DNA of 64,000 nt from Amphiscolops sp. MND2022 (Eukaryota), in NCBI GenBank assembly GCA_964187785.1, contig OZ076409.1:69752001-69816000 (forward strand), written 5' to 3'. Shown here piece by piece: positions 46,461 to 60,900 of this stretch; positions within the stretch are counted from its first letter, which is position 1, and the number at the start of each line of letters is the position of its first letter. Both the position numbers and the translations under genes were made by a program. Below the pieces are notes generated by a model. That model was not told the DNA's origin. It saw nothing but the letters and a program-made list of their open reading frames with translations, and ran no database searches.

Positions 46461-49400
46461 ATGACAAATAAACAGCCGTGTACAGACAAAAGCGCCCCAG
46501 ACAAAGGCGCCAGTCAAAAACGCCCATTTTACTGTCATAAGCGCCCCAGTTGAAAGCGCCCCAATGTAAAATTTCTTACTAATTTTCGAGTTGATTTCAC
46601 CGCCTCTAATTTTGCTTAATTGAAGGTGTTCAAAGACAAGGTTAACTCACTGGTAATGCCAGATTTGTAATTTTCACACCTAGCAATTCTCAATTGAAAA
46701 CGACTTAAACTGCTAATTTTGGCACTTCTGTACGAACTGTATCAGTAAGTTAGTTTGTCAATAAACTGGTTTGAGATGAATTATTGATAATTATTTAATT
46801 GGAGCAAGAAACTTGAAATAGGTTCTGGAAAAGATTTTACATTGGAGTGGCATTGACTGGGGCGCTTTCGACTGTGTCTTTTTGGGCGCATTTGAATGGT
46901 GTCTTGTAACCCTTTGTAACGATCACCTCTAAGACCCAAATGCAGTGATGTTGCGATTGAAGAAATTTGATGAAATATTCTAATTCGATGTTTGATGTGG
47001 CTCTGAGCATGTGATTGCTCTTTTCGCCATGTATACGAAATTGGTAGGTACTTGGACAACAAAGAGCAAGAACGAGCAAAAACATAAAGGCAGCCGCCAG
47101 AACAGACGCCAAAGACTGGAAAAACTTCTGAAAGTAGACTCTTTTATAGGTGCTAACCTTGATTTCAGCAGTATGCTACCTTAAGTTGCGAAAACCGTAA
47201 AGATGAGTCTTTCTGTCTAGTTCACGAGTCTGTGCCTGTGGTGTCCCAGATTGCGACCTGAATGTGGATATTGCCAAATTATTGTTATGGACAAGATTGC
47301 TGGAAATTGTTGTAATTTTATGGCTACTTTGACAATTTTAGATCTTATTCCGCAATTTTGGATATTATTCCGCAAGTCACCCTGAATGACCAAAATTTAA
47401 CATAATTTTCTTTTGGAACCTTTTTAAAGCCTGTCTAAGCGGTAGTTTCGGAAAAAAACAAGCGTAATTCACGTAACTGACAGCAATTGAAGACTGGATC
47501 AGCCGGCGAGCACTCCACACGAAGCGGAATCGTCCTCTGACGGGACAGTTTTTACCCGAAGTAGGCAAAGTGGGCTCGTGGCTATGGGCGCCTGTCCCGG
47601 GCAAATACCCATGTCATGGGCTCCTCCATCTCTATGACTGAGCAGCGGCAATGGTGAGAGCTTACCGTTACACTTCACAATGAGCTGAAATATAGGAATA
47701 TTGTCATTTTCTCAAATCAACAGAAATGCAAACACAATAAAGACAGTCACGACTGAACTATTTGTTTCGGATCTAAAAACAAACACGCAAGAATTCGAGA
47801 GCCACGAGCTGGTTTGTGTACTCTTAAGGGTTTAGCTTTAGATCAGCGTACTCCTTAGAACCGACTTGTGAGCAATAATGAAAAAGTAAAAGATGTATGT
47901 GAAAGAACTCCAAAAAATTCTTTCTAGAAAATCTAGAAAATGTCACATAAAAACATTTTTTATTGACTGTACTGGCCTTGAAATCGCACTTCAGTTGTTA
48001 TATGCCAGCATAAGTAGAGACCGTAAACAGACAAGCATTTGTTTGGTCTCTTGACATCGGAAAACGTAATGATCGATCACGTTATAACGAAAACCCATTC
48101 GAAAGTTGTCAATATCTTCTTGAAAACGATAAAGTTTGGCCTTGGTCGTTTCTTAAACTTCCACTAAACTAAAGGTCAGACGAAAGAAAAAAAGAAAGAA
48201 ATGAAAGAAAATATGATTTTATTGGATATTCTTGACTTTTATCAAAGCATTTTTAAAAAGCAACACAGAACTACAAAACATATTATACAAACATGCAAAA
48301 TGAGTTATCAAGCTCTTCAAGTCTTCGACCTAGAGAACCGACATGGCACAAGGTTGGGAATTACTATTCTGAAAGGTTAAATTTTATAGGTTAAAAATGT
48401 AAAAAACGACATTGTCGATGATATACGTACTGCTTAGCTCAAGGTCGTATTTTTGAGACTACGACATCATGTCTATGTTGGGTGTTATCAAATTAAAGTT
48501 TTATAAGCAGTTAAATATCTTGCGTAACGGTGCTCTTTGCGTGCATTCCTATGTCCTAATGATTCTCTAACTTCGCTGGCTTTAAGTTTTTCACAATACT
48601 GACTCGGTATCCCGGAAGCACTTTTCGAAAAGTTTGAGCTGCATAGTATACATTTAATTTTTTACCAGAAAGTTTATACAATAAGTGACGATTCTTGTGG
48701 GATCTTTCGGCCGTCTTGCCAAATTAAAATACCCATTTCTTCAGTCTTTGGTGTCAAGATCAAAACGGCCACGGCGAAAAGGAAAAGGTTGTCTGTGACA
48801 TCTTTTCGACAGGAACTTACAAGCTAACTGCTGGGCAATTCAGCAGTTTCTGAGAATTTTGACTGAGAAAATGTGTTGTATATGAAAAAAGGTATTTTCA
48901 TTTGCTCTAACACTGCAGATTTCAGCATGTTTTTCTCACATTACGTTAACTTTGCAAACGGTCGATACATGTACAACAGTTTAACTAACAGTTTTTCGAG
49001 CTTGTTAAGTGATTTGAGTGCCTTTTGATGTAATGCCGAGCCGCCGAGTCGCCGAGCCGCCACTTTGGCCGCCGAGCCAGCCGGTCTTTTCTATTCAGGA
49101 ATGGAGCCCTCGAGGCAAAACCTGTACTACCGAGCGTACGAAAGTCTATTGTCGATAAATCCTTGACTACACTGACTCCCCAGGTTTTCCCGATTGATTT
49201 GACGCCTTTGTAAGGCTTAGGTCACAACTCGTACGGTTGCAAGTCATACTCAAGGCATAACATTGATTCATTAAAAATCATATTAGTGACTTGAACTTGT
49301 CCGAAAATGAGGATTTCATCAAAAGTTTCACTTCAAATTTCTGTACCTCAGAGAACGGCCCCTTTTGTTTCTATGGTTTAGGACACTAAATAACTAAATA

Positions 49401-52400
49401 ACTTTTCAGAGCGTAATAATTTTGAATTGTCGGCTCATCTCTCGTAGATGTGACAACCAATCTTTCCAATAAAGGTGTTGACAAATCGTACCGCAGCTCT
49501 GCTAGGTATCAGTCCAAAAATTGCTTGAAAATGAAGCAATTCTTTTTTCGGCCGCAGGTGAGCGTCCCGGAAACTGCATTCAATTTCTATCATTCAGCTG
49601 AAAATTTGGCGTAATCGTACCGCGATTGTAGTAAGATCGTATTACAACGTGCATGTGAAGTCACTACATGGGATGGTAGTTTTCCTGAGGCCTTCCTTGG
49701 AGCAAAGGTTTGTTTGGAAAGAGGCCTTTTGCGAGACATATCCAACAGGCCGCAGTTATCGAATAGTGAAGGAAGATGAGGAGTATCCCAATAAACTATT
49801 TTCAATCATTGCACGCTTTTTTCAAATGCATTTGAGGTCACGAATCTGGTTCTCCAACAGAGTATCGTTTTTGTTTTGACTTTCAACTTCAGCTGCTAGG
49901 AACAGTTGAAGTTGTGTTTTTCAGGTACTCTGTTGGAAATACATTCGGTGTCAAATATCTTAATGAGGCATTGATGTTCATTGAACGTTTAAACACGTTT
50001 CGCAATACGTTGTGTGTGGGACTTTTAGATTTCGGCAATTTTTGTGAAAATCTCATTATTTTTGCACAGAATCCAGACGATAGACAGAGCTATGTTTATC
50101 ACAGTTCTATACCGTCGGATAAGTAAAAACAACTCAGAAGGTTGACTATAGCGTGTTTTAAAAATGCTTATTGGGTAAACCTGGTATTTACTCAGTGGAC
50201 GAAACTTCTAATTATTCTATGCTAACTATTGAGTTACATCAGCGATGTAGTTGCTCGAATCGGCTACGATAGAGTTGATCTCTTAGAGCGAATATTACTG
50301 ACATTCACTTTTGACCGAAACTATTCTAAGGTACTAAACTGGAAAACCAAGTATGACAAAATCTGCAACCACGCCCTCCCCTGTATAAATTCACCCGAAT
50401 TTCTCGAAAAATATTAGTCATAGAGAGCTGCAACTTGGCACACGTATACTTGAGCTCTTATACATGCTACTCGTTTTTAAAACTGGAACCGAGTCGAGAC
50501 CTCGGGCTATTAGCACTGGAAGTGCACTAGGTCAACCCCCCAAAGGGGGGCATCGACAAAGCTCGAAATATGTCGTATTATATAAAAACTGATATTTCAT
50601 AGAACATTAACCAATTTGCATATGTTTTCGGAACCCTAAGACAGGCGTGGGGGAGCACGGACCCTATGTTAAGCAAACCGTGATTGGTATGTAAATCGTC
50701 AACCGTTGATCGTCAACCGTTGATCAAAACATGCCTAAGATGTTCACCCACCAATTCTAAGTAAAATACATAAACGTGACGTTATTCGGTCCTTTGCGCG
50801 CGAAGTTTCGTTTGTTTAAACACGCGTGACCTTGGCTTGTAATGTCTCAAAAGAACCGTGATAGCGAACGTAGTCGATTTCAACTTTGAATTGTAATGGT
50901 GTGACCCGACACGGAAAAACACCTGAAATAATCAAGCCAGACGAACAACATGTAACTCGGAGACCAATAACCGCACTTTTCTATAACCCGGTTTATAGGA
51001 ACGTTAGATTACATCGAGAAGCTTCGAGGTCACTGATCGGTTAAAAGGTCGCCTCAAGGGGCGACCTCTGAGTTAATGGAAAAAAAGTACTTTAAAACAT
51101 GTAATTCAACGTTATTTGCGTCATAAATTATGCATTTAAGTTAGGCTCGCAAGGAACCGCACTCAGAAAGACGGAGAAGTGTCCCTCACACGTAGAGAAC
51201 ATGTAAACCATGTGGTTGAAAGTCATTGAGCAAGTGTCTAGATATTGAAAGTATCTTGTGATACTTGAATTATCATTGAAATTGAAATTTGGATAAGTTG
51301 TTGAATTATTTGTCGTTGGCGGCAAAAAATGTTTAGTTGAAGTATACCTAGTGGCATTCACTATACCATGAAAGTGAACTCATGAAAACTTAAGATGCCG
51401 ACGCCCACTAAAATAAATGTCAAGTATGGTGGAATGTCGAGATGAGATCACTAGAAACACGCGCGCTGAACAAACAAAACTGAGGCAGAATTGGAATATA
51501 CTGGAATAGACACAACCGAGTTAGAGAGCTACAAACAAGTTGAGCCTCGAGACTGGTCGAGAAACTTGGCCTAGCGAAAAGAACTTGTTTGTCGCTAGCA
51601 CTGTGACCTAAGGATAGAGTTTCTACTAGTCGGGAACTTGCGAATAATTGTTAATTAGCTCATATTGTTACAGAACCAGGATGGTTTTCTTATTAAAAAT
51701 AATTCGATAAAAACTTCATTGTTTAATTTTTAGTCATTTCAAGAGAGCCGATCAACTCGAGCTACAAGGCAGATTTTGCGCTTGCGGGTACGCGATAGAA
51801 AGTGCAGAATTTACTCACCTAAAATCTTTTTTTTTCTGAATGAATTAGATTTCTGGGAAATTATCTCCGCCCTCGATATTCAGATTTTCTGCATTGTGGA
51901 GTCTACTGGTGGATAGTGGGTGTTGAACTTCACTAAAATGTGAGGTAAAACTAATTGTTGAAAATGTTTGTTAGCGGTTTCTCTTCCAAAGTTGTTCCTC
52001 GGTAGGAATTTTTTCTACGTACGTTCTACATACTTTTGTTCACTTTCGGTCACTTTCGTTTTTTCCTCCACAGTCATTCTGCAGTAGGCTCCAATTCACG
52101 TAGTATACCGATAGTTTCAATATTTTTTTCTGCCTTCCTACTTGTTGACCATTTTCCAGCATTCTGAACTGGAAAGTGTTAAAAAAATCCCCTTAGAATG
52201 TTTTCATCGTTTTTGTTTATTATGAAATTTGATTCAGAAGGTGCCCTTGAGTTGCTTGATTTTCTTTGCCATCATTTGCACCTTAAAACAACCCAAATGT
52301 CAATCTGGTACTTTCATACAGCTTCAATTTACAGCTTGTATCTGAACTGGCACATGTGTTGTAGTCTAAATAATTGGCGTTCAAACACAATTACTTTATT

Positions 52401-52591
52401 TTTTATATAGACACTGAAACTTCAAACTTGGATACACGAGAAACTTTCTCGTTTCATCAATGCTTGTTGTTTCGAGGGTTACACTTTCGAATGCGGGATG
52501 AATTGAACTTGGGTGAATTTATTTGCTGTAGAATGAATAAACATCAGTGGTAACAGTATCGTATCTGTATTTTGGAGAAGAGGAAGAAACG

Positions 52592-52705
52592 TGAGCATGG
52601 TGTCGTGGTTAGTTCATTCACTTGTTCTGGAGCAGAATCAGGTTCGAATCTCTGTCAACTCACCATTGTTGAGCTTTGAGCAAGTCATTAATCCTTAGCT
52701 GAGTA
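52592..52705 (+). mobile_element. tRNA-derived SINE remnant
   Basis: TGGTGTCGTGG A box, GGTTCGAATC B box, then TTGAGCAAGTCA-TTAA core-like motif (repeated at ~52790). Confidence 0.55.
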
Positions 52706-55076
52706 GTATGATCATTACAAAAAAATAGCGCATTTGGCGCAGAAAAGCAAAAACTAGAAAGAGCAACGGTGAGCAGTCGGACGTTGGTGACCTTGAGCAA
52801 GTCGCTTTGAAACCACAGCTTCAAGTTCACCATTACTTAACTACTTGGCTGCAAATATGGTACCCTAGCTTGCTATGGGGAGATAGTATCCGAAAACTGT
52901 TTTTTTTTCAGCTTCCACCACATACTAATTTTCTTCGATTGAATTGATTTCCATTTTGAAACTTCTTTTAACTTCTGCTCTGTTAATTTCAGAATAGCAC
53001 TTGATGTCTATTTGGGACCTAAACAAATCAGTAAATGAACAATTAGTCGAAGCGTTTCAACAAATGCAACCCGCAGAAAACAACAAATCGGATTTGAAGG
53101 GTCGACTCGATGTGAACGTGATCGCGAACTAATCTCATTTATTTTAATCAAATGCAAACTCGTACGAGTATTTTTAGGCCATTTCTAAGCACCATACATT
53201 TACATCACAAAAGATGCACAAAAGTTTAGAAGTTTTAATTTTTGGCACTAAACTTTTCTGCTGTGCGAAGCGTTCCTACCACTAACTTCCTGAAAATCAC
53301 AAAGTTAGTCCTAGATTTGTTAAAAATCTTGAATGATTTAGTCTAAGTCATTGATCTTAAGTCAATGATTAAGAATCTAAAACGTTCGTGCCTTGAATAA
53401 TATCCATTTTTATTATTATCTGTAAACTGCTAATCTTTTCTGATACAACCAGCCATTATTTAAATGAATTCCGTAACCTTTGCAGAATTCGGATTCAGGA
53501 TAAATTAAGGAAATGAGTTTTTCCATTATAAGTGAATGACACGCTGAGTAAGAAATGTAAATATCGGAGATTCCTTTGATAACGAGCTAAAAATTCTTTC
53601 TTTGATGAATTGTCAACACTCCAAAAATCCCATTGGGCTAATTTCAATATCGAATATTTTCACTTTGTTCAAACTCGATTCATCTAAGTATCGATTTTTC
53701 ATCAAAGCAAAAATATTTTGTGGGAAATCGAAAATGAAGACGTTGAATATATATAGTTTTTACTCACCTGGTATTGAGAGCGAAAACGTTTGACTTTTTA
53801 TCCTCTCGCTAAATTATCAGCAGAAAATAGTGCATAGCATTGTTTCCTATTGTTTTTCAATCAATTAGGATCCTTGATTCAATGTGGGACTTTTCACAAA
53901 AGAACAAACCCGGAGAGAAAAGATAATTATAAGGTACGCGTGACGCACTTATAAGGTGCTATTTCTTCTAGAATGCATTGCAATTTAATTTCGTCCGCAA
54001 TAACTTCTCACTTAATTCGCCGATTGATTATCACAATCTTCCCCCTGAGGGCATTGTGATAATCCTATCTGCAACTTCCATTACTTCCAAAACTCATGGC
54101 TGAATTTTCAATGCTCATGGCTGAATTTTGGATGCTCATAGATGAATTTTACGTCTAATTGAACTCACAGCGATCTCAAAGGCCAGTCAGTATACGTCAA
54201 CGAGTCTATCCAAGCAGTCTGCATTTTTGGGAGGGAGTGTTGAAAATGATAATGAGTTTTCCGTCTTCTATTTTTTTTCTTTTATTCGTCAATTTTCCAC
54301 ATAACTGGTCGCCCCTTTTTTGTATCACGCCCCCGGCAGAACAAACAGGATGTAAACTGCCCCGAGAACCGAAGAATAGCTCGCAAATATATATATGAAA
54401 TTTTTATGCTGATATTCTTATATACTTGTGTGTATAGTTCCCACGAATCGCAACAAAGTGCAATAAAATATATTTCACTTGCTCATCGAATTCTTTGAGC
54501 GTGATTCACCTCCAAGCTCGTTGGAACTCGCGATTTCATTGAACTTTTACGGATCACTTTTCCTACATGTTAAATAAGTGTCCTATTCCATCAGATTTCA
54601 GTAGCGTGTCTTTGCATATTTAATTTTCTAATTCTTCATAAAAATTTCCATAATAATCGCTCTCTCATTCTGTTCCCATATTGATTTTATTGGAAAACGT
54701 ACAAAAGAAGAGAATTTTAATTGTCAACGATTGTTGCCTCCAGTTCGCTTTGGTAGTTTTCCAGCTTTTACAAGTGCATTAGTGGAATATAATTTATAAA
54801 AATCTGGATCACTGCAAATGACCCATAACTCGTGGCTCAAATACGCGGATAAGGTAAGTTTGACATCACTCTGATTTCTTTCAATTTCGTTTTTGTAGCT
54901 TTAGCTAAAGACTCTTAAGGGACTCGAACTCGTAAACTAGTTATCAATGAAATTATTTCAAACTTTTTTCCTTGAGTTGCTCAATTGTTTCTAAGAGCCT
55001 TCCAATGAATTCCAATACGTATTGAATCACTGTTTTATTTGTTGTCATTTTGTTTTTGTTGTGACAAATTGATACT

Positions 55077-55888
55077 TCCCTAGTTGAAAAACAAACAAAT
55101 CTTGCATTTTTCTGGCAGGTTTCTTGCAAGATTCTTGCAAGATATACCTCATCTTGCAAGATTCTTCCATGATGAAACTTTAGCTTGCAAGATTCTTGCA
55201 AGACAAACTTTTCTCTTGCAAGATTCTTGCAAGATATGCCATTTCTAGATTGTAGTGTTCAGCATGTTCCAAAAAGTCCTCGTAGCATGCTTCTGCCTCG
55301 TGCCGTTGAAGTTCTAGTTTGACAGAAAGACAACCGTATGGCAATTTTTCGAATGGTTCGTGGGTACTTTTTCGAAATTTTGGTGCCGAAGACTTGCAAT
55401 TTTCACTTAACTACGAGTTTTGTCAGTTTCATTGATTTTTTTTGTTTTTTTTAGTGCTCCGATAAAAAAAACTGGAGACAAAAACTAGTCACTGCAAGAG
55501 CCGTGCTTTTTCCCAGGAAAGGTCGACTGTATTAAAACTTAGTTACTGTAACTTCTGGGTTCTTTTGCTCCTAAAGCGCCATTTATCTAAAAAAGGAAAC
55601 TTTCACCTGTGATTGCGGCTGTGTTGCTCTCTCTAGGAGCGAAAAAGGACAAGAAACTCTCCGGTGCCCATGTTGGTCATTTTAAGTGAAATTTTTGAAA
55701 AAAGAAACGTTTGCTCTTGATTTGATGTATTTCTTGCAAGAATTTGACAGAAAAAGTATTTCTTGCTAGAATCTTGCAAGATTCTTGCAAGAATTACTTT
55801 TTCTGTCATGTTCTTGCAAGAAATGTATTTTCTGCCCGAATCTTGCAAGATTTGTAGTTTTTGTCAAGATCTTGCAAGAATTGTATTC
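55077..55888. mobile_element. MITE/foldback-like element with arrays of the palindrome TCTTGCAAGA at both ends
   Basis: Clusters at 55100-55235 and 55730-55880. Confidence 0.65.
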
Positions 55889-55889
55889 A

Positions 55890-56262
55890 TTATTTTCCGA
55901 CCCCACCTTTTCAATGGGGGAGTAAAATCATGATCTGTGATTTGTTTTTTTTTCAAATTCTGCCAAATTTGACTCACCTACTCACCTAACTCACCTGACT
56001 ATCTTAGTTATATGACTATTTTAGTTACTTGACTACTTTATGGGAATAATATCTAAAGTCAAAAAAGAGAATAATATCGAAAGGGAATAAGATCTAAAAT
56101 TTCAGGATGGGAATAAGATCTAAAGGGAATAAGATGTAAAATAACTAAATTTTAGTTCTTATCCTTTAGATCCTATTCCCTCCTCCCAAAATAACTATGG
56201 CTCAGTTGGCGAAGGCGAAGAGGGCGGAAAATATCCCGGTGCATAGCGGGCGTCTTGTTTTC
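55890..56262 (+). mobile_element. HINE-like family 2 copy containing GGGAATAAGATCTAAA repeats
   Basis: Ends ATATCCCGGTGCATAGCGGGCGTCTTGTT; inverse of 27079-27220. Confidence 0.55.
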
Positions 56263-56949
56263 AACCAGGGGTTTGCTTCAATTTGAAATTCAACGCAGGA
56301 ATTTTCAGACGGTCGCGTCTTAGTTTCTAGATCCAAAAAATCGCTGAAAGTGTATACTCTGAAAATGATATGGAAATGATTAGAAGTCTTTTGGAATTAT
56401 CATGGCACACATGACAAAAATGATGACAGCCATGTAATGATGTCATGATTCGGACCATGATTCGTGCTTATAAAATTACGTTTACATTCAATGAGATCGA
56501 AACATTTCAGAACGATCTAATATCCTCTCAAGTTTTGTCTCAGCAAACAAAAATTAGTAACATTACTATTTTTCGTTACTGAACATATGCTCAGTTTTGC
56601 CAATAGTTTTGCCGACTATTGACGACAGGAAAAATTTATGGAAAAGAAGCCGAGAAAAACTAAAAGTTGGCACCCTTGCTGTAAAAGTAATGGAAAAATA
56701 GCAACTGCCATGTCGGCCGGCTTGTTCATTTTTGCCGCATTGGTGTGTCACTGAAATGAACCAATAAAGTAATTGAAATGGTCAGGCGACTTTAAACTTA
56801 ACTGAAACTACAATTCTTAAAAATTGAACCTATTTCGAAGCCGTGGAAGACTATGATGGGAAGAACGTAGATGTGACGATTCATTTTTTGCGAATTCAGG
56901 ATGTTTGTTTCATTTTCAAAACCTATAAAGTTTTCAACGGTTCAATATA

Positions 56950-57430
56950 AATTCACCCCACGTTCATTTCATCCCACGTTCATTTCACCCCACGTTCATT
57001 TCGTCCCAAATTCATTTCACCCCACATTTCAATTATCGAATGCGTCTCAGATTAATGACTACTGCCACACAACTTCAACCTTCGCGTCAAACGAAAAGTG
57101 TCTTGAATCTTATTACCATTAGATAATCAAACGATGCTTGCTATTTGAACCACCAAATTTCGAACCAAAAAGAGCTCTCGTTGCGCAACCAAACTATGGA
57201 TGCAGCGAATCTTCAGCAAAAATTTACATATTCCGTTTTATTAGTCACGTATGGACAGAACCTGATAATCAAATCAGAGCTGACTCAAAATAGACAGTAG
57301 GCTTCAAAATTCAGTCGGTATCTGGTTAATTAGGGCGAGGCGCTTTTGTATAATTACAATATGGTGTTAAGTGAATGTAGGGTGTAATGAACGTGGGGGG
57401 AAATGAATGTCGGATGAAATGAGCGCACAC
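56950..57430. mobile_element. MITE-like element with inverted CCCACGTTCATTTCA arrays
   Basis: About 5 units at 56950-57025, inverse units at 57370-57425. Confidence 0.55.
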
Positions 57431-57635
57431 TTTGTCAAATGCCGGCTCCATTTTTTTCCTCAGATATTTCTATATCAGTTTTGGTTCATGCTCAGCTGTG
57501 ATTCTAACAAACATCAAGTTGCTGAACTTGGTAGTATTTTTATGCGAGAAAAGCGGAGTGACCGAAACCTATTGGCCAGCAAATTTTCATTGAGGAAATT
57601 TTCTTTTCAGTCCGTTATTTGTAACAGCTTCGTGT

Positions 57636-57959
57636 TTTTAGTCGGCACTTTTAAGGAAAAATGCCGGACTCTTACAGTGACTTTTTTTTCTTCAGACCAC
57701 AGACCTCACACTGATCGGTCCACTTTTTAGAGAGACTCCTGAAGCCACAAACCACTAAGGCCAAGTGCCAAGTCCGGCCAATGCCAACTTAGACCAAAGG
57801 GTCCCCCCTTTCATTTTTTCGGCACCATGCGACTTTTTTGAAAACATTTTAATGTCTCAAAAGGGTCCCCCTTCGAGTTTTTTGATATTTTGCAACAGAA
57901 TGTATGTTAATCAATCTCAAAGGGCCCCCTTTTACATTTTTCGGCACTATAAAACCATT
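57636..57959 (+). mobile_element. HINE family 1 copy interrupted by Gypsy D (resumes 62530-62567)
   Basis: TTTTAGTCGGCAC..GCCGGACT..CAGACCACAGACC as at 326-400; ..TTCGGCACTAT continues after D as GAAAGTTCTCATTTT. Confidence 0.65.
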
Positions 57960-60900
57960 TGTGGTGACGTCATCGCCACTTGTTGTTATTCGGTAAACAA
58001 CTACCGTTCGTTACCGAAGAAGCTACTTCAATTTCATTGGTTCCGAGATTCGGTTATATAACACCGCAGAATAGAAACTTTCAAAATGCGTTACCGATGA
58101 ACGGTGAAAGAACTCAAGTAAACTCTTACATAATAGACTTGTATTTTAACTGGTGTCAACTATTATTTTGAATATTATTTTACTGTTTTGTACGGACCAT
58201 AAAGAAATAAAACGAAAACCTGAATTGAACTGAGTTTAAAACAAAACCTTTTCAAACCACTTTACGACAAATGGTGTCCAGACCATCGAAATTCCTCTAA
58301 ATTTGAAAATTGATTGCTAAAGAAACAGAAGATTTCTTACCGTTATTTCGTTTCAATCGAAAGGGAGAAGATTATATTCAGTTCGTTCGATGGAAATATT
58401 GAAACGCAAGCAACCGAGACAAAAAAGCAACTCAATCTGCACGAACCCGAAGCTGCTCTAGCCTGGATAGACGCATTCAAAGCGCGATGTCGGGCCGAAA
58501 AGAAAGCAGATGTACCGGCAGCTTGAACAACACCGGCCGATTTACAAGTAACGGATCAATTTCTTTTCCGTTGCGGTGTGGAAAGTCTTATGAAGGTCAA
58601 ATCGCTTGTTGCACCGACAAAAGTGGAAACAATGGCTTTCAATGACATTGAAACGGTACTGGAAAATTACCTGCAGCCTAGAAAACGACTTATTATTGCC
58701 GAACAAACAAAATTCGTGGCTATTACCCAGAGGAATGAAGAATCATCGGGAGATTTTTTGGTACGTCTGAAGGAAGCAGCACGATATTGTGAGTTCGGTA
58801 ATTTGAAAACTATCGCTGATCCCGAAGCTTACATGATACGGTTACGTTTTATTGCTGGATTACAAAATTCCGAACACAAATTCAAAGTGTTGGAACATCT
58901 TCAACAAAACCCAGACGCTACAATAGACGATATTTTGTTGGTTATTCAGCAGCGTGAACGAACCGTACAGTTTGTGAACAAACAAAACGAGCCGAATGAA
59001 ACAGTTTCCTTTGCACGGAACGGTCAATTACGAAAAAAGACAACCGGAATAGCAAAATTTCAACCGGCATCCACAACAAAACCAAAGAATGCCCGAAATG
59101 CGGAACGAGGCATGAACCAAGGAGTTGTCCGGCCTTCGGCAAAACATGCAACAACTGCAAGAAGCCGAACCATTTGGCAAAAGTGTGTCGGCTGAAGAAA
59201 CAAACAAACCAGTTTGTTGGAAAAGAAGCCAATATCGAAGAAAACAATGGCAGTACCTCCGACTATTCGTATTTTATTGGGCACACCGACTATATCAAGA
59301 ATGGTACAATGGAGAAAATTATAGTGATTGGTAAAGAAATACCAATGATGAAAGACACTGGAGCATCACTGACGCTGATTTCAAAGAAGCTGTGGAAGCA
59401 AATCGGGCAACCGAAACTTGAAGAAAAGAACACCGGAATTGAAACATATGACAAACATAAAATGAAATATCTCGGTGCCTTCTTCTCAACAGTGTTTTAT
59501 AATAACAAAGAGCTTAATATAAACATTGCTGTCGTTGATGCTGATAGAAATTTTGGTTTATTGGGACGTGATGTAATAAATAATAGCAAAGAGCCCATTG
59601 AACGTTGCTTCAAAGCAGAAGTATCCGAACAGTTACCGACAGTGAAAGGTGCTAAAGCTTCCATTAAATTGAAACCCGATGCTAAACCAATGTTTTGCGC
59701 GGCACAGTGGTACCGTTGCCACTTGAACGGAAAATCAATAAAACCATTGATGAATTACTGTTGTTGGGAACTCTTGAACCGGTTGAAGCCGGTGGTGCAG
59801 ATAATTGTTCCCCGGTTGTTTGGGTGAAAAAAGGTGATAAACTACGAATGTGTGCTGACTATAAAGTACATGTAAATGATAAAACTAGTACCGAAGCCTA
59901 CCCCCTCCCTTGTATTGAAACCATTTTCTCAAAAGTATCAGGCGCTAAACTCTTTGCGAAAATTGATATATCTAATGCTTATTGGCAAATTCCACTTGTT
60001 GAAAAATCCCAATATGTGTGTACAGTGAATACAACCCGAGGCCTTTTTCGAGTCACCCGGTTACAACAAGGATTGAAAAATGCAGCGGCGATTTTCCAAC
60101 AAGCTATCGAAGAAGTGCTCAAAGGACTGGATGGTTGCGCCGCATATCAAGACGATATCTTGTTGTTCGGTGTAACCGAGGCCGAACTCCGGAAAAGATA
60201 CAATGAGGTCAAAGAACGGCTGGCAGCAAAGATCTTCACCGTGAATGAAGACAAGTGTGTATCATTCGCGACAACGTTATCCTTTTTGGGCTATGAAATT
60301 TCATTGGAAGGAGTAAAGCCGGAACAGAAGCACGTTCAAAAATTTCTTCAACTGCAGCCACCGAAGGATGTCAAAGAAGTTGAAGCTTTTATCGGACTTA
60401 TCAACTACTTTGGGCGAATGATTCGAAACTATGCAGCCGAAACGCGGTGTATCAATGAACTCCGGCAAAAAGGTAAACCTTTCAAGTGAACCGATGAATG
60501 TCAAAGGGCATTCCAGTCACTGGTAGATGAGCTTACAAGTGAACCATTGGTACAACCGTACTCATTGGATAAAGAAGTGACTCTCACAACGGATGCATCC
60601 AAAAAACCACTGGTGCTGTATTAACGCAGAATGATCATCCGGTTATCTACATATCTCGAAACTTGACATCAGCAGAACAGAAATACAGCAACATTGAACG
60701 GGAAGCGCTTGCTGTAGTATTCGCAGTGACACGACTTCGACAATTTTTATTGGGAGGAAGTTCACTCTTAGAACAGATCACAAGCCACTACAGTATATCT
60801 TCAATCCGAGCAACCAGATACCGAAAGTTGTATCAGCGAGACTTGCGCGATGGGCAATAACCCTGATGGCCTATGACTATGATGTACAATACACTCCCGG

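Noticed and set aside
48500..50130. Decayed hAT transposase on the minus strand (ETRF-like motif)
   Set aside because: Only isolated short motifs among many stops; cannot be supported without a profile search.
52592..52665. Functional tRNA gene (also 1823-1890)
   Set aside because: A and B boxes are present but I could not fold a convincing cloverleaf, and a SINE core-like sequence follows the copy at 52592.
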